From positions 4,331-68,330 of the forward strand of contig JAHFDA010000008.1 in NCBI GenBank assembly GCA_023249225.1: DNA of 64,000 nucleotides. The letters run 5' to 3'. The translations under genes and the position numbers were made by a program. Shown here piece after piece: positions 24,175-32,574 of the stretch. Source of the DNA: a bacterium. GTDB lineage: Bacteria; Margulisbacteria; Marinamargulisbacteria; JAHFDA01. Below the pieces are notes generated by a model that was not told where the DNA came from, ran no database searches, and was given only the letters and a program-made list of their open reading frames with translations. Every line of letters begins with the position of its first letter. Positions within the stretch are counted from its first letter, which is position 1.

Positions 24175-24912
24175 CTAGTTTTCCGTGAGTATCTTGTGTA
24201 AAGCTTCCAGATGTCCTGCCGTCACCGCCGCCAGCATGCTGGTTTTGTTGGGATTCTGGGCAAACATTTCAACAATGGTTTTGGTTTTATAACGCTCCCA
24301 AGGTTCATCAAGGCCTGACAGCCAGTTGCCAAACTGGTTTACTCCCAATGTGGCTATTTGATAAACAATGCCAGAAAGTCCAAACAGTGCCACTACGCCA
24401 GCAGCCCATAAAAGCTCTCTGCGACTTAAAGCCATCTCCCACAGTGCCCGTCGATATATCAGCGCTGCGCTTGTGGCTGCCAAAAGTGCTGGTGGCCAGT
24501 ACAGCAACGCACGCGTGCGTACGCCCGGAACCCAACCCGCTTCCAGATGAAAGGCGTGATGTTTTTCTTCAAGGTGCCGCATGAACTGTTCACTTGTGGA
24601 CGCCAGGCCCAAATAACGAAAGCCGGTATCGATCAGCATCTGAAGAATTTGCCCCTCCCATGCTCCACGCAAGTCACGCCGTTCAAAGCCGTAAAGGTCA
24701 AAGTCGTTTGTATCACACACACGTTCGGCGCTTTGAAGGTCGGCCTCACCTGCGCCATTCGCAATGCCTAAAAGCACCAGCTGGCGGGGGATACCCTCAA
24801 CGGTCAACGGGACATAAAGCGCCTGAACTTTACCGGCCTGCGCATTGATCTGTTCAACAAGCAGCACACGAAAAGGTTCAGTGCTTACGGCAATCTGGCG
24901 ATGATGCATCAC
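24175..24912 (-). CDS. Hypothetical protein with soluble N-terminal half and 2-3 C-terminal TM segments
   Basis: 245-aa ORF, convergent with the sigma-like gene (12-nt gap). Hydrophobic stretches ALLYWPPALLAATSAALIY and LLWAAGVVALFGLSGIVYQIATLGV. Confidence 0.55.
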   Translation of the reverse strand: MMHHRQIAVSTEPFRVLLVEQINAQAGKVQALYVPLTVEGIPRQLVLLGIANGAGEADLQSAERVCDTNDFDLYGFERRDLRGAWEGQILQMLIDTGFRYLGLASTSEQFMRHLEEKHHAFHLEAGWVPGVRTRALLYWPPALLAATSAALIYRRALWEMALSRRELLWAAGVVALFGLSGIVYQIATLGVNQFGNWLSGLDEPWERYKTKTIVEMFAQNPNKTSMLAAVTAGHLEALHKILTEN

Positions 24913-24944
24913 GTACTATTTATCGTGGCAGGGCAAAGAAAGTT

Positions 24945-25142
24945 TCATTTTGCTTTCTTTCGTTCAAGTTCCAATGCTTTCTCAACCGGCATCCACACAG
25001 CCTTACCCTTATGCATGACTGCAATGGGAATACCGAGTCGGCGGTTTTCTTCGAGTACTTTACGTACGGCATCTTGCAGGGATTTTTCGGCCCGACGTCC
25101 TTCGGCAGAAGGGCGCGAGTCGATTTTTTTTGGTTTAGCCAT
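24945..25142 (-). CDS. Small basic protein, putative partner/antitoxin of the zeta-like ATPase
   Basis: 65-aa ORF whose ATG overlaps the stop of the upstream ATPase gene by 8 nt (ATGGCTAA), suggesting translational coupling. Confidence 0.55.
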   Translation of the reverse strand: MAKPKKIDSRPSAEGRRAEKSLQDAVRKVLEENRRLGIPIAVMHKGKAVWMPVEKALELERKKAK

Positions 25143-25725
25143 AGTTTGCCTGCTTCTTGATAAGCGAAAAAATCTTTGGTTGCACTATTTTCTCATGGCC
25201 GTTTGATTTCTCATAAATGAGTTTCGGATGAGCCGAGGTGTTATCCAAAATTGCAACATAATCCAATACCGAAAGGTAGTGGTGAAATAAATTAAAAATT
25301 CCTTTTTGATAACGGCGTTTTATAACGTGGTTGGGAATATGATGGCCGCCACGTTTCACGCGCTGCGCAACCCTTTTAATCGCCAAAGTAGCTTCTGGAA
25401 CCCATAAAAAGTACAGATGAAAGCGATATCCTTTTTGGCGTAGCTTACCAAGGAGTTGAACGTACGATAGACCCGATAGCGTGGTTTCAAAAGCAAAATC
25501 AACGCCTAACGTAATCTGAAGGGCGATCTGTTTTAAAAACAAACGGCCGGCTTGCATCGCAGCGGTATCAACACTAAGGGGCGAGAGTCCGTGCGCTAAA
25601 AGGTCGGCGTTTATAAAATTTCGACAACCCGCGATCACAGGCAGGTAATTAAGGGCAAACGTGGTTTTTCCAGACCCGTTTGGGCCAGCGATAATGTAGA
25701 CGGATTTGGTGTTTTTGGATGTCAT
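25135..25725 (-). CDS. Zeta-toxin-like / predicted ABC-type P-loop ATPase (COG4185-like)
   Basis: 196-aa ORF. Walker A GPNGSGKTTF near the N-terminus, FAFETTLSG and YFLWVP blocks, and RVKRGGHHIP characteristic of this kinase-like family. Confidence 0.8.
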   Translation of the reverse strand: MTSKNTKSVYIIAGPNGSGKTTFALNYLPVIAGCRNFINADLLAHGLSPLSVDTAAMQAGRLFLKQIALQITLGVDFAFETTLSGLSYVQLLGKLRQKGYRFHLYFLWVPEATLAIKRVAQRVKRGGHHIPNHVIKRRYQKGIFNLFHHYLSVLDYVAILDNTSAHPKLIYEKSNGHEKIVQPKIFSLIKKQANYG

Positions 25726-25857
25726 GAGCGGGCCGTACTTTATTGTATCGCGAGACTTGGGTCAGGGTTATTTATATCATTTTTTGACTGTAGATTTTTT
25801 CCTGAATTCTTTTTTACCAATCTCCGATAATAAACAAATTCTTACGGAGGTTGTCCT

Positions 25858-26409
25858 ATGACTTCAGTGATAGGTTTAGCGGTAGCCTTGGCGGCATGTA
25901 CCCCCAGGCCAGTTCAAATTCAGGATGTCTGTGAGCAGACCCCGAGCTTTGGTTGCTATCAAAAGGTGCTTTGGAATTCCAATGTTTTTCCTGAACAATC
26001 ATTCAAGGCACTGGAGTGGATGTGGAATCAAGCCGTGCTTGAAAATGCGCGTATGATTTCGGGCGAGAAAGATGTCAAAACGCCCGCCACCGAAATGCTT
26101 TATGAAACTGCCGAAGACAATGCCATTCCCGCTGTCCGGAATCAGGCACGTGAATATCTCAAAGCTTTATACCCGCACACCGCACGCACGATATACCAGT
26201 TACTGCGGGTGATCTATCAGGTATCGCCAGAACATCCGACGCCAGCGCAACGGATTGAAGCCTTGCAATGGTTGCTGCAGAACAATAGCAACGAACCGGA
26301 GATTGTGGATTTGAAAGCCAATTACACAAAATATTTTTCGGATGCCAACGATCCGGTACATCAATTTCTCGATCAACATGTGGGTGTATCAGTTCCTCTG
26401 CCAGATTGA
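25858..26409 (+). CDS. Hypothetical lipoprotein
   Basis: 183-aa ORF. Signal peptide with lipobox LAAC (GLAVALAAC). SD GGAGG 7 nt upstream. Confidence 0.6.
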   Translation: MTSVIGLAVALAACTPRPVQIQDVCEQTPSFGCYQKVLWNSNVFPEQSFKALEWMWNQAVLENARMISGEKDVKTPATEMLYETAEDNAIPAVRNQAREYLKALYPHTARTIYQLLRVIYQVSPEHPTPAQRIEALQWLLQNNSNEPEIVDLKANYTKYFSDANDPVHQFLDQHVGVSVPLPD

Positions 26410-26448
26410 AATCTAAATGGATCTGCGACCCCATCTAATATAGAAAAC

Positions 26449-27471
26449 ATGCGCCTTCAATACCGACATTTAGCCAGCTCACTGGATCTTTGCCTTGTCC
26501 AAAAGGCATACAAAAATCTTTCACCCAATCTATCCCCCACCCCGCTGACCCGCAAGGCACTCAAGGTGTACTTCAACTTTTTGGCGCTGGGACATTCTAA
26601 AGAGTGGCTGCTGTGGGCAGCCGAGTGGTCCCGCTTTCCAGAAGCCCTTATTGTCGAAGATCCGGCATCCTTGCAGGCGCTGATTAACCTAAGCGAGTTC
26701 TTTAACAGGCATCGTGCTTGCCCCGTTGCCCAGGCCATGTACCGCGCACTCGAGTTTCCAAACCTGCACGTCCCCCAACACTTGCGAGATGCCGAATCCT
26801 TAAAAATCTTGCGGCGTTATTTTTTGCGGCACAGCAATCCGTGGCAGGCGCACGAAATTCATCAGGCCATGCACACGCGTTTTTGTGAACCCCATGACAA
26901 ACCGTTGATTCCCGGCGGTACACCCTTGCAATATTCGGTACAGCGAGCCGGAAGTTTTGCCGGAGCGGTTGCCCGTATTCAACACGGCAAAAGTTTTGTG
27001 CCCCAGTGGTTGCGCGAGACAAATGACTTTGCCGCGCACGTAAGCGAAAAACGAAAAGCCGAAATGGCAGGGCTGGATCTCACCTTAGGATATGCCAATA
27101 CCCTCGCCATGTCATACATTCAGGATATCCGCAGGTATAACGGCGGCCCCGAGGCCATGCTGGGTTTTGAATTTAAGGGGGGTTGGGGTGTCCTGTGTTT
27201 GGCCACGTATTACCGTAACGCCCAGCGGGTGGGTGAAATTGTTTTCGTCAGCCTTAATCCCGCCTGGCGCGGACAAGGCTTAGGCCGAAAGCTGATTGAT
27301 TTCGGCAGTCGGGTCCTGGCCCAGGATGCCAACGCGGAACGTATCATTTTAAAACTGGTGAATGCAGGCATGGTTCCGCATTACGAAAAACGTGGCTTCC
27401 AATATGAGGGGCTGGAGCGGGTTTCGGGCACGCAGTTTTTGGCGGTGCTGGGGCAAGACATAAAGCTTTGA
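26449..27471 (+). CDS. Protein with C-terminal GNAT N-acetyltransferase domain
   Basis: 340-aa ORF. The C-terminal VFVSLNPAWRGQGLGRKLIDF ... YEKRGF is the GNAT acetyl-CoA-binding motif A/B. The N-terminal 220 aa are uncharacterised. Confidence 0.7.
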   Translation: MRLQYRHLASSLDLCLVQKAYKNLSPNLSPTPLTRKALKVYFNFLALGHSKEWLLWAAEWSRFPEALIVEDPASLQALINLSEFFNRHRACPVAQAMYRALEFPNLHVPQHLRDAESLKILRRYFLRHSNPWQAHEIHQAMHTRFCEPHDKPLIPGGTPLQYSVQRAGSFAGAVARIQHGKSFVPQWLRETNDFAAHVSEKRKAEMAGLDLTLGYANTLAMSYIQDIRRYNGGPEAMLGFEFKGGWGVLCLATYYRNAQRVGEIVFVSLNPAWRGQGLGRKLIDFGSRVLAQDANAERIILKLVNAGMVPHYEKRGFQYEGLERVSGTQFLAVLGQDIKL

Positions 27472-27534
27472 TTTCGAGAGGGGTCAGGCAGAATGGTTTG
27501 CATCCCTGCATATCATTAGTGCATCATAATCTGC

Positions 27535-27726
27535 ATGAGAACTACATTAAACCTTAATGACCAGAAAATAGCCGAGGCCATGAAAGCCACCGGCATCCAC
27601 GAAAAAACCAGCCTGATCCACCATGCGCTGGATCTGGTCTTGCAGGAACAGGCACGGCAAAATCTGATTAAAATGCATGGTATTTACAAACACGCCTCCG
27701 CCCCCCGCAGACGCCGTTTTTCATGA
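27535..27726 (+). CDS. vapB: Type II antitoxin, VapB family (DUF2191-like)
   Basis: 63-aa ORF. MRTTLNLNDQKIAEAMKATGIHEKTSLIHHALDLVL pattern. 4-nt overlap (ATGA) with vapC. Confidence 0.8.
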   Translation: MRTTLNLNDQKIAEAMKATGIHEKTSLIHHALDLVLQEQARQNLIKMHGIYKHASAPRRRRFS

Positions 27727-28097
27727 TCGTGGTCGACACCTCTGTCTGGATCGACTATTTTGCCGATCCCGGTAGAGTATCCAATCTGGAGCAGCTCCTG
27801 CGTGACAACGTTGTTGTGGTGCATCCATGGATTCTGGGAGAAATTGCTTTGGGCCATCTGGGATCACAACGTCGTGCAATTTTGGGTAATTTAAGCCGTC
27901 TTCCCAAAACCAATGTCCATCTTGAATCAGAGATCATGCTCTTTATGGACAAGCTCACCTTGTGGGGCCAAGGGCTTTCATGGACGGACATTCAGATCCT
28001 GTACACCTGTCAGATCGGATCATTGAAATTGTGGACACTCGACAAGGCGTTGAAGCGATCTGCCCAAAAGCTGGATTGTACCTACGTGCCCGGTTAA
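27723..28097 (+). CDS. vapC: Type II toxin, VapC family PIN-domain ribonuclease
   Basis: 124-aa ORF. MIVVDTSVWIDYF N-terminus (PIN Asp), HPWILGEIALG, and a C-terminal acidic residue in WTLDKAL. Confidence 0.85.
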   Translation: MIVVDTSVWIDYFADPGRVSNLEQLLRDNVVVVHPWILGEIALGHLGSQRRAILGNLSRLPKTNVHLESEIMLFMDKLTLWGQGLSWTDIQILYTCQIGSLKLWTLDKALKRSAQKLDCTYVPG

Positions 28098-28131
28098 GTT
28101 GCCTGTACAAACGCAATTCCAGCAACTTGCG

Positions 28132-28863
28132 TTAAGACCCAATATCTTTTAAATCAAAAACATAGCCTTGCTTTCGGGGACGGTTTTGGGTAGCCACAAT
28201 TAAAAAGCGTTTTTCAGCGATTCGGTCAGGGCTGCAATGCAGTTCGGTGCCACCCCAAAAATAGATGATGCCTGGGTCAAAGCGTATGACATTCAATAAA
28301 CCATCATCGAGCAATGTTTGTAGTTTCTCTTGAAAGTCCCCCCCTGCCCAAGGGATGCGCGCCACATCAAGGAACTCGGTTGAGCCACCAAAAGAAATTC
28401 CAAAACGGCTGTCAACCGCATCGGTATGCCACTTGTTAGTGCTTTGTCTTGGACCGACACGCAAGTCAATTTCTAACCGTTGACGGTAGAGTTTTTCGCT
28501 TCCATATAGATTTTCAAGCGCTTGGACAAAAGCTTTTAACAAAGGATTCAACCCACGGACATTCCACTGATCGATCTGGCCATGCGTCATGCCGTTGAAT
28601 CTTGCACTGGGGCCCAAATACAAAGCAGAATCCGCATTTTGAATTTCAACCAGCGGGTTTGGAAAATACACCAAGGGCTTGCTGCAACGGGGCCGGGGTG
28701 TAAATAAGCGTACACCATCGGGATATCCCAGGGTTCTACGGATGGTCAAAATCCGTTCCGCAAGTTCTGCAGATACGCCGGGATCTGAAAGGTCCGTATA
28801 AAAATCAGGCCGTGTCACCTCAAGAGGTCGGTGGGCAATATGTTTTTGATGGCTTCTAACCAT
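28132..28863 (-). CDS. Hypothetical protein, possible Fe(II)/2-oxoglutarate-oxygenase-like (HxD...H) fold
   Basis: KWHTDAVD and GGTELHCSP give an HxD...H pattern. The longest ORF runs to 28965 but would overlap the mnmG start head to head by 48 nt, so the internal ATG at 28863 is preferred. Confidence 0.5.
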   Translation of the reverse strand: MVRSHQKHIAHRPLEVTRPDFYTDLSDPGVSAELAERILTIRRTLGYPDGVRLFTPRPRCSKPLVYFPNPLVEIQNADSALYLGPSARFNGMTHGQIDQWNVRGLNPLLKAFVQALENLYGSEKLYRQRLEIDLRVGPRQSTNKWHTDAVDSRFGISFGGSTEFLDVARIPWAGGDFQEKLQTLLDDGLLNVIRFDPGIIYFWGGTELHCSPDRIAEKRFLIVATQNRPRKQGYVFDLKDIGS

Positions 28864-28917
28864 GTAAAAACTATCGTATTTTTTGGGCTTTTGAATCAAG
28901 GTTGTTAAAATCTCCCC

Positions 28918-30792
28918 ATGCCCTCTGCCCAAACCTACCAAGTTATCGTCATCGGTGCCGGACATGCCGGTATCGAGGCGTCTCTGGCGTCGGCGCGGAT
29001 GGGCTGCCCTACCCTGTTGCTGACAGCCAGTATCAATACCATCGGAAAAATGTCCTGTAACCCGGCTATCGGCGGACCCGCCAAGTCACATCTTGTTTTT
29101 GAGATGGATGCTCTGGGGGGTTACATGGGCTGGGCAGCAGACCAGACCGCCTTGCAACTTAAAATGCTGAACACCTCAAAGGGCCCGGCCGTTTGGTCGC
29201 TGCGGGCCCAAAGCGACATGTACGCCTACCAGCGTTTGGCACAACAGACCGTATGTGGGCAGGCCAATCTGGATGTGCGGGAAAGCATGGTGCTTCGTTT
29301 CCTATATGAAAACGAAGCAGGCAGCTCCAAACGGGTCTATGGTGTTTGCACCCAGGACGGAACCGAATACCGGGCACAGGCCGTGGTTCTGACGACCGGA
29401 ACCTTTATGCGTGGCTTGCTGCATACCGGACTGGTGCATACGCCCGGCGGCCGGGTAGGCGAACAAGCGTCGAATGATATTTCAAGCGCGCTACGCGATC
29501 TGGGAGTCGAACTTGGGCGCCTAAAAACCGGCACGCCTCCGCGCTTGCATCGCGATTCGATCAATTTCTCTGCCATGAAACTTGAGCCCGGAGACGTGCA
29601 GCCTTATCAGTTCAGCACACGTACCGAAAAATTAGACTGTCCTAACATACCGTGCCACCTGACCTACACCAGCGATAAAACGCATCAGATCATTCGTGAT
29701 CACCTGCACGAAAGCCCAATGTACACTGGCAAGATCGAAGGCACGGGGCCGCGTTACTGCCCTTCCATCGAAGATAAAGTGGTCAAATTTGCCGATAAAG
29801 ACCGCCACCAGATTTTTATCGAACCCACTGGGAGGGATCACGTCGAGATGTACCCTTCTGGTTTTTCGACCAGCCTGCCGGCTGAAGCGCAACTTAAAGC
29901 CATGCGCACGTTGCCAGGGCTTGAACAGGTAGAATTTGTGCGCCCGGGTTACGCCGTGGAATATGATTTTGTGTTTCCGCATCAACTTAAGAACACCTTT
30001 GAACTGCAGCGCGTTGAGGGTTTGTATTGCGCCGGCCAAATTTGCGGTACGTCCGGCTACGAAGAAGCTGCCGCCCAAGGCCTGTATGCAGGCATCAACG
30101 CCGCGCTTAAAGTTCAAAGTAAACCAGCCATGGTGCTGACGCGCGACAGTGCATACATCGGCTGTATGATCGACGACCTGATCACCAAAGAGATTACCGA
30201 ACCTTACCGTATGTTTACGGGACGTTCTGAATTTCGTTTGTTGCTTAGACAAGACAATGCCGACATACGTCTGACTTCTTATGGCAGGCGTGTGGGGCTG
30301 GTGGCAGACAGCCAGTGGAATAAATTTGAGCAAAAAAAGATGCACATGCAAGCGTATGTGCAAAAATTAAAAGCGTTGCGCCTCAATCCAGACTCCCCTA
30401 CCCTAGAACGTCTGCATGTTTTGGGTATCTCGATCAAAAAAACACATGCGCTTGATGAAATTCTGAAACGGCCTGAAATCACGCTGGATCGTCTGATTGC
30501 ACTAGGGTTTATTGACGATGGCCTTGACCGGCTTACCCGTCTTAATGTGGAAACAGACATCAAGTACGCAGGCTTTGTTGCGCGGCAACAAGAGCAAGTC
30601 CGTGATTTTCAACAGCTCGAGCGCATACCGCTTCCGGCAAATTTTTCCTATCTGAACTTGACTGGGCTGCGTAAGGAAGCCATGCAAAAACTAGAAAAAT
30701 TACGGCCTGCCAATTTAGGACAGGCTTCGCGGATTGCAGGCGTCAACCCAGCCGATCTTACTGTGCTGATGGTTCAGTTAAAACGCCGGTAA
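28918..30792 (+). CDS. mnmG: tRNA uridine-5-carboxymethylaminomethyl modification enzyme MnmG (GidA)
   Basis: 624-aa ORF. YQVIVIGAGHAGIEA FAD motif, GGPAKSHLV, GPRYCPSIEDK, and a conserved C-terminal QASRIAGVNPAD. Confidence 0.95.
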   Translation: MPSAQTYQVIVIGAGHAGIEASLASARMGCPTLLLTASINTIGKMSCNPAIGGPAKSHLVFEMDALGGYMGWAADQTALQLKMLNTSKGPAVWSLRAQSDMYAYQRLAQQTVCGQANLDVRESMVLRFLYENEAGSSKRVYGVCTQDGTEYRAQAVVLTTGTFMRGLLHTGLVHTPGGRVGEQASNDISSALRDLGVELGRLKTGTPPRLHRDSINFSAMKLEPGDVQPYQFSTRTEKLDCPNIPCHLTYTSDKTHQIIRDHLHESPMYTGKIEGTGPRYCPSIEDKVVKFADKDRHQIFIEPTGRDHVEMYPSGFSTSLPAEAQLKAMRTLPGLEQVEFVRPGYAVEYDFVFPHQLKNTFELQRVEGLYCAGQICGTSGYEEAAAQGLYAGINAALKVQSKPAMVLTRDSAYIGCMIDDLITKEITEPYRMFTGRSEFRLLLRQDNADIRLTSYGRRVGLVADSQWNKFEQKKMHMQAYVQKLKALRLNPDSPTLERLHVLGISIKKTHALDEILKRPEITLDRLIALGFIDDGLDRLTRLNVETDIKYAGFVARQQEQVRDFQQLERIPLPANFSYLNLTGLRKEAMQKLEKLRPANLGQASRIAGVNPADLTVLMVQLKRR

Positions 30793-30909
30793 AAAATGGT
30801 AAATTCAAGACAGTAAAACGGTTGGTAACTTTTTATTTTGTATTGTAGTATTTGTTCTCGGTAATTGGTTTTACCCAGTTATTAATTTCAAAGTAAGGGA
30901 GTGAAATAC

Positions 30910-31086
30910 ATGAACAATCGCAAACTAGTCGTTTTGGCTCTTATGCTTTGCGCTGTGACCCTGGTCGTCGGCTGCAAGAAAAAAGAAGAAGCTTCTCAAG
31001 CTCCGGAACAGCCTGCTGCTGAACAGCAAGCCCCTGCTGCTGAACAAGCCCCGGCTGATGCCGCTGCTCAAGCTCCGGCTCAATAA
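30910..31086 (+). CDS. Small lipoprotein with Ala/Pro/Gln-rich low-complexity tail
   Basis: Lipobox VVGC after a signal peptide. AAGGGA SD 9 nt upstream of the ATG at 30910 (the ORF track starts at GTG 30901). Followed by a strong terminator. Confidence 0.55.
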   Translation: MNNRKLVVLALMLCAVTLVVGCKKKEEASQAPEQPAAEQQAPAAEQAPADAAAQAPAQ

Positions 31087-31137
31087 GACAGCTTTGTCTT
31101 AAAAGGTTTTATTTAGTTTAAACTAAGTAACTGCAAA

Positions 31138-31176
31138 GACCGCCAAGTTAGTAATAATTTGGCGGTTTTTCTTTTT
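31138..31176 (+). terminator. Rho-independent terminator
   Basis: ACCGCCAA-N12-TTGGCGGT stem followed by TTTTTCTTTTT. Confidence 0.7.
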
Positions 31177-31187
31177 CGTCAGTAAAA

Positions 31188-32423
31188 TTGTTCCAGTTAT
31201 TCATGTTCCCTCTTTCATCTATTGTCAATTCTTTGGTTGTCATTGCGGCACTAGGTTATTTTGTCGACATCTATGATCTGGTGTTGTTTAGCATTGTCCG
31301 AGTGCCCAGCCTCAAAGATCTTGGAATTTCGGGCCAAGCACTTTTTGATCAGGGTGTGCTATTGCTTAACATGCAAATGGCCGGGATGCTGATGGGTGGA
31401 ATTTTGTGGGGCATCCTGGGGGATAAAAAAGGGCGCCTTTCAGTTTTATTCGGGTCCATTTTTTTATATTCTATCGCCAATATCGGTAACGGTTTTGCCC
31501 ACAGCGTAGGTGCTTATGCCGTTTGGCGTTTTATCGCTGGACTTGGTTTGGCAGGTGAACTGGGTGCAGGAGTAACCTTGGTAGCCGAAACACTGCCTAA
31601 AGAAACCCGCGGTTACGGCACCATGATTATTGCCACAGTAGGCATTATGGGCGCCGTGTTTGCCGGCTATATTGCAGAGCACTTTCACTGGCGCATCAAT
31701 TATTTTATCGGCGGGGGTTTGGGCTTACTGCTGTTGTTACTACGCATTGGCGCGTACGAATCTGGCATGTACAAACAAATTGCGCAGGCCGACGTTTTGC
31801 GCGGTCAGTTTTTTAGTTTATTTACCAATGCCAAACGATTTTTAAAATACCTAAAGTGCATATTAATTGGAATGCCTATCTGGTTTGTGATTGGCATTTT
31901 AATTACTTTTTCACCCGAGTTTGCCCTGGCCCTCAACCTCCCCGACCCGATCAGCGCCGGCCGTGCCATCATGTTTAGTTATACTGGCCTCGTGCTGGGA
32001 GATTTTGTAAGTGGATTTATAAGTCAGTATCTTAAAAATCGCAAGAAAGTTGTTTTTGTTTTTATGCTGCTCACCACTATATTTATGAGCATTTACTTTA
32101 TGCTTCCGCCAGTAAGCGCTCCCCTATTTTATGGGGTATGTCTGGCGCTTGGATTTGGCATCGGATACTGGGCTGTCTTTGTCACGATAGCTTCTGAACA
32201 ATTTGGTACCAACCTGCGCGCCACCGTGACAACCACCGCGCCTAACTTTATCCGTGGGTCTGTGGTGCCGCTGACATTTTTATTTCAGTTTTTAAAACGT
32301 CATTTTGGAGTGATTCCCGGAGGGGCCATGGTAGGCGCGCTGTGTGTTTTAATTGGGTTATTGGCCTTGTATGGGCTTGAAGAAACGTATGGAAAAGAAT
32401 TGAATTATGTAGAATCTGTCTAA
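31188..32423 (+). CDS. MFS transporter
   Basis: 411-aa ORF with about 12 TM. GILGDKKGR (MFS loop 2-3 motif). TTG start at 31188, with an alternative ATG at 31203. Confidence 0.85.
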   Translation: MFQLFMFPLSSIVNSLVVIAALGYFVDIYDLVLFSIVRVPSLKDLGISGQALFDQGVLLLNMQMAGMLMGGILWGILGDKKGRLSVLFGSIFLYSIANIGNGFAHSVGAYAVWRFIAGLGLAGELGAGVTLVAETLPKETRGYGTMIIATVGIMGAVFAGYIAEHFHWRINYFIGGGLGLLLLLLRIGAYESGMYKQIAQADVLRGQFFSLFTNAKRFLKYLKCILIGMPIWFVIGILITFSPEFALALNLPDPISAGRAIMFSYTGLVLGDFVSGFISQYLKNRKKVVFVFMLLTTIFMSIYFMLPPVSAPLFYGVCLALGFGIGYWAVFVTIASEQFGTNLRATVTTTAPNFIRGSVVPLTFLFQFLKRHFGVIPGGAMVGALCVLIGLLALYGLEETYGKELNYVESV

Positions 32424-32574
32424 ACGCGGCTATGAAGTTTGGGGCTATCGAAAAACATGTCATTCTCGCACGGTTTTAGCGGGTATCCAGCATTGTTCCT
32501 TAAATTCATACATGGGATTTCAGAAAAATTCAATTTTTCAGGCCAATACACTAAAAATGATTTTCACTTCACGA

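Noticed and set aside
27495-27534. Repeated TGCAT pentamers (TGCATCCCTGCATATCATTAGTGCATCATAATCTGCATG) upstream of vapB as a novel element
   Set aside because: This is most simply the VapB autoregulatory operator/promoter, an ordinary feature of TA loci. It is not reported as a separate finding.
29632-30363. 243-aa minus-strand ORF inside mnmG
   Set aside because: It is a shadow ORF antisense to a highly conserved gene.
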